Made by a program: the position numbers and the translations under genes
In this document: positions 7,793-14,968 of the stretch, in pieces
Layout of the letters: each line of letters starts with the position of its first letter
How positions within the stretch are numbered: position 1 is the stretch's first letter
The notes under the pieces: generated by a model
What the model saw: the letters and a program-made list of their open reading frames with translations, nothing else
The model's database searches: none
What the model was told of the DNA's origin: nothing
IMG/VR virus record: IMGVR_UViG_3300008113_000007
Coordinates: 64,001-117,858 of that record
Direction: 5' to 3' (one strand)
Length of the DNA stretch: 53,858 bases
From: a virus
Lineage: Duplodnaviria; Heunggongvirae; Uroviricota; Caudoviricetes

Positions 7793-10345
7793 ATGAGCAT
7801 GATAAAAGTAACGAAGAGGAATGGCAAGAAGGAGGCCGTGAACTTCAACAAAATCGTGGATCGAATCACACAGCAGACCTACGGTCTGGACCAGAAGTGG
7901 ATCGTTCCTTTCGAGATTGCACAAAAAGTAATCGAGGGCATCACCCCGGACATCAAAACGTCTATCCTTGACGAGTTGGCGATGGAGACCGCGGCGTCAC
8001 TCGCAACAAAGCACCCTGACTACTCTGTATTGGCCGCTAGGTTGGCGATAACCGCGTTGCACAAAGAGACGAAGAAAAGCTTCTCAGAGACTGTCGAGGA
8101 TCTCTACAAATACGTCGACCCAAGGACTGGTAAACATTCGCCGATTGTATCTTTGAATTTCAGGAACCTCGTCAAGTCACACGCTGACGAACTAGACTCC
8201 GCAATCGTTCACTCCAGAGACCACAACTTCGACTTTTTCGGTTACAAGACTTTAGAGAAGTCGTATCTTTTGAAGATCAATGGAAAGGTCGCTGAGAGGC
8301 CACAATATATGTATATGAGGACAGCGCTTCAAATCTGGGGCGAGAACCTGGAGAAGGTCGTGAAGACATACAACGAGCTTTCCGAGGGTTACTACACGCA
8401 CGCAACTCCTACGCTCTTCAACTCCGGTACGCCAAGACCTCAGCTTTCTTCATGTTTCCTTCTCGACACCGAGGGTGACTCAATCGAAGGAATCTTCGAC
8501 ACATTGAAAGAGGCTGCTCTTATATCGAAGAACGCGGGCGGTATCGGTATCGCTTTCAACAAAGTAAGAGCGACTGGTACCTACATCGCAGGCACCAACG
8601 GAACTTCTAACGGAATCATTCCTTTCCTCAAGATCTACAACGAGACTGCCAGGGCGGTGGACCAAGGAGGTGGTAAGAGAAAAGGATCTATGGCGATCTA
8701 TATGGAGCCGTGGCACGCTGACATCATGGACTTCCTCGACCTTAGGAAGAACCAAGGTAAGGAAGAGATGAGAGCCAGAGATTTATTCCTCGCTATGTGG
8801 ATGAACGACATCTTCATGGAGAGAGTCGAGCTAGACGCGGACTGGTCACTGATGTGCCCTCACGAGTGCCCGGGATTGAACGACACCTATGGCCAGGAGT
8901 TCACAGAGCTTTACCTGAAGTACGAGGCGGCCGGCAAGTACAAGAAGGTCGTGAAGGCGAGAGACGTATGGAACAAGATACTAGAGTCCCAAATCGAGAC
9001 GGGTACACCATACCTCCTTTACAAAGACGCGATAAACGAGAAGTCTAACCAGTCTAACATCGGAATCATCAAGTCTTCAAACCTCTGTGCTGAAATTGTC
9101 GAGGCCACGGGCGTGACCAAGTTCGGCAAGGAGATACTCAAGGATAAGGCCAAACTCGAGTCTTTGGGTCTGGGTGAGTTCTGGGGACAGGAAGAGGTGA
9201 ACGAGACAGCTGTGTGTAACCTAGCATCTATCGCGCTTCCTAAGTTCATCAACAAGAACAAGACCTACAACTTCAACAAGCTCTACGACATCGCCTACGA
9301 CGCTATCGTGAACCTGAACAACGTAATCGACGTGAACTACTATCCGTCGCCTTCTGCGAAGTTCTCAAATTTATGCCACAGACCTGTAGGACTTGGCGTT
9401 CAAGGACTGGCAGACGTTTTCTTCACTATGGGTATAGCCTACGAGTCCGAGGAGGCAAAGCAGCTGAACCGCGACATATTTGAGACTATCTACTTCGCTT
9501 CTATGAAGGCGTCATGTGATCTCGCTAAGTTGCAAGGACCATACGCATCGTACGAGGGGTCTCCAATCTCGCAAGGAAAGTTCCAGTTCGACCTCTGGGG
9601 AACCAAGCCGAGCAAGAGATGGGACTGGGACAAGCTCAGAGAGGACATCAAGAAGTACGGAGTAAGGAACTCTTTGACCGGCTGTATAATGCCTACCGCA
9701 TCCACCGCGTCAATCTTAGGAAACGAGGCGTCTTGCGAGGCACAGACATCCAACATGTACACAAGAAGCGTTCTTTCTGGAACATTCATACTCGTGAACA
9801 AATACCTCGTGAAGGAGCTAGTTAAACTAGGCCTCTGGAACGAAGGCCTTAGGAAGAAGATCATCTCCGAGAACGGGTCTGTACAGAACGTTCCTGAGAT
9901 ACCGACTAACCTGAAGGAGATATTCAAGACCGTCTATGAGATCAAGCAGAGGGACGTGCTAGAGATGGCTGCAGAGAGAGGAGCCTTCATAGACCAGACA
10001 CAGTCGATGAACATCTTTATGGAGTCGCCTAACTTCGCGAAGCTTACGGCTATGCACTTCTACGGCTGGGGAAGAAGAAACCTCATGCAGGACGAGCAAG
10101 GTAATCCTATTGTGCCGCAGGGAGACAACATACAGGTCATCTACGACGCGGAAGGAAACCCGAGGTGCTACAGGGACAAGAGGTACACTCTAAAGACCGG
10201 TATCTACTACCTGAGGAACAAGTCGGCGGCTGACGCTGTGAAGTTCACCGTGCAAGAGGCCTCTAAGAAGACTGTCGATGAGCAGATGGCGGAGATTAGC
10301 TGTTCGCTTGACAACCCAGAGGGATGTGAGTCTTGTGGCGCGTAA
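7793..10345 (+). CDS. nrdA: class Ia ribonucleotide reductase alpha subunit with ATP cone
   Basis: N-terminal ATP cone (VTKRNG), HATPTLFN, QLSSCFL, SNLCAEI, AVCNLAS, MPTASTA, TGIYYLR and a C-terminal Cys pair (CSLDNPEGCESCGA). Confidence 0.97.
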   Translation: MSMIKVTKRNGKKEAVNFNKIVDRITQQTYGLDQKWIVPFEIAQKVIEGITPDIKTSILDELAMETAASLATKHPDYSVLAARLAITALHKETKKSFSETVEDLYKYVDPRTGKHSPIVSLNFRNLVKSHADELDSAIVHSRDHNFDFFGYKTLEKSYLLKINGKVAERPQYMYMRTALQIWGENLEKVVKTYNELSEGYYTHATPTLFNSGTPRPQLSSCFLLDTEGDSIEGIFDTLKEAALISKNAGGIGIAFNKVRATGTYIAGTNGTSNGIIPFLKIYNETARAVDQGGGKRKGSMAIYMEPWHADIMDFLDLRKNQGKEEMRARDLFLAMWMNDIFMERVELDADWSLMCPHECPGLNDTYGQEFTELYLKYEAAGKYKKVVKARDVWNKILESQIETGTPYLLYKDAINEKSNQSNIGIIKSSNLCAEIVEATGVTKFGKEILKDKAKLESLGLGEFWGQEEVNETAVCNLASIALPKFINKNKTYNFNKLYDIAYDAIVNLNNVIDVNYYPSPSAKFSNLCHRPVGLGVQGLADVFFTMGIAYESEEAKQLNRDIFETIYFASMKASCDLAKLQGPYASYEGSPISQGKFQFDLWGTKPSKRWDWDKLREDIKKYGVRNSLTGCIMPTASTASILGNEASCEAQTSNMYTRSVLSGTFILVNKYLVKELVKLGLWNEGLRKKIISENGSVQNVPEIPTNLKEIFKTVYEIKQRDVLEMAAERGAFIDQTQSMNIFMESPNFAKLTAMHFYGWGRRNLMQDEQGNPIVPQGDNIQVIYDAEGNPRCYRDKRYTLKTGIYYLRNKSAADAVKFTVQEASKKTVDEQMAEISCSLDNPEGCESCGA

Positions 10346-10361
10346 TAAGTCACTATAAATC

Positions 10362-10394
10362 AAGAGAGAAAGTTGAACTTTCTCTCTTTTTTTT
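10362..10394 (+). terminator. intrinsic terminator after nrdA
   Basis: AAGAGAGAAAGT/ACTTTCTCTCTT stem followed by a T run. Confidence 0.65.
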
Positions 10395-10442
10395 GTTATA
10401 ATTTTTGCGACATATATGGTCGTTTACAAAAATATCATAAGT

Positions 10443-11696
10443 ATGAAAGTAGGTTTTATAGGTTTGGGTAAGTTAGGTCTCCCGTGTGCGCTGTACATAG
10501 ACTCAAAGGGTCACGAGGTGTACGGCTATGACGTCAACGAGGAGGTCGGAAGCTATCTCAGAAACAGAAGGATTCCATACAGAGAGGAGGGCGCGGAAGA
10601 GCTTCTTGAAAAACACAAAATAAAATTCACGTCTTTGTCGGAAGTGGTCGAGAATAGCGACATCATATTCGTTCCGATACAGACGCCGCACGATTCTATG
10701 TACGAGGGCGTTACCAGGTTGCCAAAGGACAGGATCGACTTCGACTACAAATATCTAAAAGAAGGTATTTCCAATCTGTCCAAAGAGGTGGACCGTATCG
10801 GTAAGGACAAAATCGTCATAATCATTTCCACCGTTCTACCTGGCACAATCAGACGCGAGATAAAGCCGATATTGAGTGACGGGGTGAAGCTTTGTTACAA
10901 CCCGTTCTTTATCGCTATGGGTACGACAATAAAGGACTTCTCGAATCCTGAGTTTGTGCTGTTTGGTATGGACGACGAGAACGCCTATTCAGTCGCGAAG
11001 GATTTCTACTCGACTCTTCACGAAAAGCCACTATACAGGTGTACGATAGAAGAGGCGGAGATGATCAAGGTCACATACAACACATACATCACGATGAAGA
11101 TTTGTTTGGCGAACACCGTAATGGAACTTTCGCACAAAATGTCGAACATAAACTGCGACAACGTTATGAAGGGACTCTTCCTTTCCGACCAGAGATTGAT
11201 GAGCCCTAAGTACCTAATAGGTGGCATGGGTGACGGCGGCGGCTGTCACCCGAGAGACAACATAGCTTTATCCTGGCTGGCGAAGCAGGTCGATCTCAGC
11301 TACGACTGGTACGAGAGCCTTATGTACTGTAGAGAAAATCAGACCGACTGGCTCTCCGACATCATAGAGTCGGAACACAAGAAGGCAGGCCTTCCTGTTA
11401 TCATTCTCGGCAAGACCTTCAAAAAGGAGACCAACCTGGTTGTGGGAAGCCCATCGATACTACTAAAAAACCTTCTCGATGAGAAGAATGTTTCTTCCGA
11501 GATGTTCGATCCGTGGATAGACGAAGTAGAACCTCCGATTGACAGGCCTGCAATTTTCTTCATAGGCACAAACCACGACGCATTCCTCGAGTATAAATTC
11601 CCTGAGGGTTCTGTCGTAATCGATCCGTGGAGGTACATTTCGAAACAGGACGGTGTTGAATTGATAAGTATAGGTGATAGCAGATATGAAAGATAA
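10443..11696 (+). CDS. UDP-glucose/GDP-mannose 6-dehydrogenase family protein
   Basis: Start MKVGFIGLGKLG (Rossmann fold), STVLPGT, YNPFF, K-x-x-x-N (IKVTYN), catalytic GGGCHPRD, and ILGKTFKKET. Confidence 0.9.
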   Translation: MKVGFIGLGKLGLPCALYIDSKGHEVYGYDVNEEVGSYLRNRRIPYREEGAEELLEKHKIKFTSLSEVVENSDIIFVPIQTPHDSMYEGVTRLPKDRIDFDYKYLKEGISNLSKEVDRIGKDKIVIIISTVLPGTIRREIKPILSDGVKLCYNPFFIAMGTTIKDFSNPEFVLFGMDDENAYSVAKDFYSTLHEKPLYRCTIEEAEMIKVTYNTYITMKICLANTVMELSHKMSNINCDNVMKGLFLSDQRLMSPKYLIGGMGDGGGCHPRDNIALSWLAKQVDLSYDWYESLMYCRENQTDWLSDIIESEHKKAGLPVIILGKTFKKETNLVVGSPSILLKNLLDEKNVSSEMFDPWIDEVEPPIDRPAIFFIGTNHDAFLEYKFPEGSVVIDPWRYISKQDGVELISIGDSRYER

Positions 11697-12618
11697 AAGT
11701 GTACTAATTACAGGCGGTGCGGGTTTCTTTGGATCCAAACTGGTTGAGAAGTTCCTGGACCGAGGGTACTCGGTCACGGTTTACGACAGCCTCATGTTCG
11801 GAGACGACGGTGTCAAACCTTTCCTTTCGAACGAGAACTACACATTCGTCAAAGGATGTGTCACGGACCATAAGAATCTGGCGGATGTCGTCGCAAAAAA
11901 CGAGATTGTCGTCAACTTGGCGGCGTACGTAGGTGAGCCGGTCTGTAAAAAGAACAAAGATACCGTTTACACCGTGAACACAGAGGCGGCGAAGTTCCTT
12001 TCGGGACTGTGCGAGAGCTCGGGCAAGAAGTTCGTTTTTCTCAGCACCTGCTCTAACTACGGAAAGAACGACGTCATGGTCGACGAGAACTCCGAGCTCA
12101 ACCCACTTGGCCTCTATTCGGACTCTAAGATAAAGGCCGAGAAGTTCATACTCGAGAACAGTAAAGGCCAGCTTATTCTAAGGTGTGCCACGCTGTTCGG
12201 TGTTTCTCATCGGATGAGAGTTGACCTCACAATAAATCAGTTCATTTACGAGATAAACAAAGACGGTTTTGTCAGCGTTTACGGCGAGGAGGCATGGAGG
12301 CCGTATCTGCATGTGGACGACGCATGTAACATGATACTCTTATCGATAGAGAACGATTTGAGCGGTGTTTACAATCTTGGCGACAAGACTCTAAACTACA
12401 CGAAAAGACAGATTGTCGACGAGCTTGCAAAGCACAAAGAGTTCAAACTCGAGCAGGTTGACTGGGACGATCCGAGAGACTACAAAGTCGAGTTCTCCAA
12501 GCTCAGAGAGACAATCGACTACGAAATAAAGTTCAGTCTCGAGAGTGGAATTCAGCAGCTCGAGGAATTCATACACGGTGAAGATTTCAAAAACAAAACC
12601 AGTATAAAGAATGATTAG
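11686..12618 (+). CDS. NAD-dependent nucleotide-sugar epimerase/dehydratase (extended SDR)
   Basis: VLITGGAGFFGS, VNLAAYVG, FLSTCSNYG, YSDSK (YxxxK) and WRPYLHVDD. Confidence 0.88.
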   Translation: MKDKSVLITGGAGFFGSKLVEKFLDRGYSVTVYDSLMFGDDGVKPFLSNENYTFVKGCVTDHKNLADVVAKNEIVVNLAAYVGEPVCKKNKDTVYTVNTEAAKFLSGLCESSGKKFVFLSTCSNYGKNDVMVDENSELNPLGLYSDSKIKAEKFILENSKGQLILRCATLFGVSHRMRVDLTINQFIYEINKDGFVSVYGEEAWRPYLHVDDACNMILLSIENDLSGVYNLGDKTLNYTKRQIVDELAKHKEFKLEQVDWDDPRDYKVEFSKLRETIDYEIKFSLESGIQQLEEFIHGEDFKNKTSIKND

Positions 12619-13138
12619 TGTTGGTGATGATGTTCTCATAGACAAAGACGTCGTGTTCAAACGTGAAAGCCTCGTTCGTATTGGCAACAGAGTTGCCATA
12701 GACAAGGGATTCTACTGCACTACGAAGCTAACGATTGGTGACTACGTGCACATATCACCTTACGTTACCTGCGTAGGAGGTGAGGCCGGCGAGTTTGTCT
12801 GCAAGGGCTTCAACAACATAATGGCCGGTGCCAGAATAGTCTGTTCTTCGGATAGATTTGACGGTAGCGGCCTCTTCGGTGCCATGATACCACAGGAACT
12901 AAAAGGTAAACAGATAGTGAAGCCTGTGGTTATGGAGGAGTTCTCGAACATCGGTACTAACTCGGTTGTACTACCTGGTTCTACGCTCAGGAGGGGAGTT
13001 CTTCTGGCCGCGGGTAGTCTGTTGATCGGAGATACCGAGGAATGGGGAGTCTATAAGGGTAACCCTGCGGTGTTGGTCAAGAAGATTGACCCTACTAAGA
13101 CACTGGAATATTCAAAATTACTTGGCTATGAGTTTTAA
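12611..13138 (+). CDS. left-handed beta-helix (hexapeptide) acetyltransferase
   Basis: Hexapeptide repeats (IGNRVAI, IGDYVHI), KPVVMEEFSNIGTNSVVLPG and YKGNPAVLVK. Confidence 0.85.
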   Translation: MISVGDDVLIDKDVVFKRESLVRIGNRVAIDKGFYCTTKLTIGDYVHISPYVTCVGGEAGEFVCKGFNNIMAGARIVCSSDRFDGSGLFGAMIPQELKGKQIVKPVVMEEFSNIGTNSVVLPGSTLRRGVLLAAGSLLIGDTEEWGVYKGNPAVLVKKIDPTKTLEYSKLLGYEF

Positions 13139-13715
13139 CTCTATACATAAGTTTGAGCAGGAAATCGCCGGTTTCTTTGGATCGCCGTACGCTGTCGCTG
13201 TCGACTGCTGCACCCACGCACTCGAGCTTTCGCTCATACTCACGAATGCCAAACGTATAAAGGTGCCCAACAGGACTTACGTCTCCGTACCGTTTCTTTC
13301 ACGTAAGCTCGGCATCGGTCTCGAATGGTCCTACGAAGACTGGAGTGAATACTACTACATCACCGACAGAGTAATCGACGCTGCCGTGCTCTGGAGAAGA
13401 GACAGTTACTTGCCTGGAACTTTCATGTGCGTGAGCTTCCAGTTCCGAAAGCACCTTTCACTGGGCAGGGGAGGTGTAATCCTTACCGACGATAAGGACT
13501 CTTACGATGAACTGAAGAAGCTCTCATACGACGGTAGGCTTCCTGACCAGCCATGGGCCACGCAAAACATAGCGTCTGTGGGCTATCACTACTATATGAC
13601 ACCGGAGACTGCAGAGCTCGGCCTCTCAAAATTACCGGATGCGATAGCCAAATCACCGGAGATATGGACTATCGACAATTGGCCGGATCTTACTCAGATG
13701 GACGTTTTCAAATAA
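13128..13715 (+). CDS. short DegT/DnrJ/EryC1/StrS-family PLP aminotransferase (195 aa)
   Basis: AVDCCTHALELSL, VPNRTYVS, DAAVL, SFQFRKHLSLGRGG (PLP lysine region) and GYHYYMTPETAELG. The likely start is ATG 13128, overlapping the upstream stop. Confidence 0.8.
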   Translation: MSFNSIHKFEQEIAGFFGSPYAVAVDCCTHALELSLILTNAKRIKVPNRTYVSVPFLSRKLGIGLEWSYEDWSEYYYITDRVIDAAVLWRRDSYLPGTFMCVSFQFRKHLSLGRGGVILTDDKDSYDELKKLSYDGRLPDQPWATQNIASVGYHYYMTPETAELGLSKLPDAIAKSPEIWTIDNWPDLTQMDVFK

Positions 13716-13721
13716 ATTCTT

Positions 13722-13748
13722 AAGAGTGTCGTTTGACACTCTTTTTTT
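13722..13748 (+). terminator. intrinsic terminator ending the sugar cassette
   Basis: AAGAGTGTC-gttt-GACACTCTT followed by a T run. Confidence 0.75.
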
Positions 13749-13749
13749 A

Positions 13750-13763
13750 TTATATTTGTAGAA
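13750..13763 (+). promoter_or_regulatory. Bacteroidota-type -7 promoter element (TAnnTTTG), copy 1
   Basis: TTATATTTGTAGAA, 10 nt upstream of ATG 13774. An identical 14-mer occurs at 14194-14207. Confidence 0.55.
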
Positions 13764-13773
13764 ACAAAAAGAT

Positions 13774-14154
13774 ATGGCTACTCAATATTTCACACAGAAA
13801 ATATTAAAGACATTGCAATTCTATGTAGAACCAGAAAACGATCATGGTTTCAACTGGGACAGCAACGACAGGTATGAAGTTATCCAAGAAGCGAATTATT
13901 TGGATGGTGGTATGGTATCCATAGAGAATATGAGAAAGGCTCTTGATGAATTCGAGAAACAGGGTGCAAACTACGTAAATGTCGACTTTCATTGTGACCA
14001 CAACGAGGTTGAGGTAACCGGCGTAATCTTCGGAAGATCGACACAGGAAGAAATTGATGCGCATATCAAGAATGAGTTGCATCAAAAAGAAGCACTAAAA
14101 CAAAAAGAGATTGCCAGGTTGCAGGCGGAGATTGAAAGAATTAAAAGTTTGTAG
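13774..14154 (+). CDS. hypothetical protein (putative early gene)
   Basis: 126-aa ORF with A/T-ending codons and a coiled-coil-like C-terminus. Confidence 0.7.
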   Translation: MATQYFTQKILKTLQFYVEPENDHGFNWDSNDRYEVIQEANYLDGGMVSIENMRKALDEFEKQGANYVNVDFHCDHNEVEVTGVIFGRSTQEEIDAHIKNELHQKEALKQKEIARLQAEIERIKSL

Positions 14155-14193
14155 TAACTCATTATCACATGCTATAACTTCTCGGATTTATTC

Positions 14194-14207
14194 TTATATT
14201 TGTAGAA
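14194..14207 (+). promoter_or_regulatory. Bacteroidota-type -7 promoter element (TAnnTTTG), copy 2
   Basis: TTATATTTGTAGAA immediately upstream of ATG 14210. Confidence 0.5.
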
Positions 14208-14209
14208 CG

Positions 14210-14548
14210 ATGAAAGAAAAGGTAGAGTACGTATGGAGAACGATGACCTCGCAAGAAATCTGGGAAGCAATGCCGAGATCAGAGCAAGAGATGAAGGTCG
14301 TTATAAAGCCATCATTCCCTACTTACAGATGGGGAAAACTAATCACAAAAACCGCAACCAACGACAAAGAGTCGATTGAGAAGGCTATAACAATACTGAA
14401 ATTGAAGGGTGAGACAGTCAGAAAGAGAATCTGTCACGAGACTACTACTAAAAACAAAAGCAGAGGATTTGGTACTTTCTACAAAATTGAGATAAAAACT
14501 ATAAAAAACCATCAAAATTATAAACAAAGTAAAAACGACGATATATAA
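14210..14548 (+). CDS. small basic hypothetical protein (112 aa)
   Basis: Likely start MKEKVEYVW at 14210, in frame with the track ORF 14111..14548. AT-rich codon use. Confidence 0.6.
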   Translation: MKEKVEYVWRTMTSQEIWEAMPRSEQEMKVVIKPSFPTYRWGKLITKTATNDKESIEKAITILKLKGETVRKRICHETTTKNKSRGFGTFYKIEIKTIKNHQNYKQSKNDDI

Positions 14549-14565
14549 CAATAACTAAGACAATA

Positions 14566-14947
14566 GCCGTAGTGAGAGACAAGGGTTACTTCGATTTTCT
14601 GAATATAATTTGACACACACCCTATCTCGACTTACTCGGTCGATATTGAACGCAGACATAGTCATAGTTTGAGATACTTCGATACAAATTCTAAACTATG
14701 AAAAGAAGAGCTTAGCGGCAGCGAAGCCATGAATGCCCGGGTCTAAGGAACCGCGGGACTAGTGAAAAAGCCCGTCCGGGGGACGTAAAGCTCATAGGAA
14801 AAGCCTTGTTTCCGATAAAAGAAAGGTAGGTTGGCCAGACCTCGATGGCCGGCAGAGTTTCGGGAGAATTCTCTGTGACGCTTAGGCTAAATTTTCTTGT
14901 CTGCTTTCCTATTAGACCGGTGTGCTTGCGCATCGGTCTTTTTTTTT
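14566..14947 (+). ncRNA. putative structured non-coding RNA(s) upstream of the Ro60/TROVE gene (Y-RNA-like candidate)
   Basis: About 380 nt with no credible ORF, tiled almost end to end by helices: 14566-14640, 14663-14700, 14708-14793, 14794-14912 and the terminator. GWTACTTCGAT occurs twice. The region is adjacent to a Ro60 homologue. Confidence 0.6.
14914..14947 (+). terminator. intrinsic terminator between the putative ncRNA and the TROVE gene
   Basis: AGACCGGTG-tgcttgcg-CATCGGTCT followed by 8 T, ending 21 nt before the TROVE ATG. Confidence 0.75.
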
Positions 14948-14968
14948 GGTACTAATTTTTTATAAGAT

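Noticed and set aside
14708-14793. tRNA-Leu(AAG) gene
   Set aside because: The anticodon-like loop is present, but the D-arm is minimal, the third arm lacks TTC and there is no CCA. It is kept only as a structured-RNA finding.
14736-14800. Fragments resembling the c-di-GMP-I riboswitch (GGGTCTAAGG, GGACGTAAAGC)
   Set aside because: They are in the reverse order to the riboswitch, and the GGCAAAC/GAAA tetraloop P1 is absent. Only a cmscan could revive this.
14712-14933. 73-aa minus-strand ORF over the putative ncRNA
   Set aside because: It is antisense to flanking genes and terminators, has no start context and has no recognisable composition.
14566-14947. tmRNA candidate, given smpB in the window and a similar length
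   Set aside because: There is no GGGG..GAUUCGA 5' end, no T-arm plus CCA 3' end and no tag reading frame on either strand.
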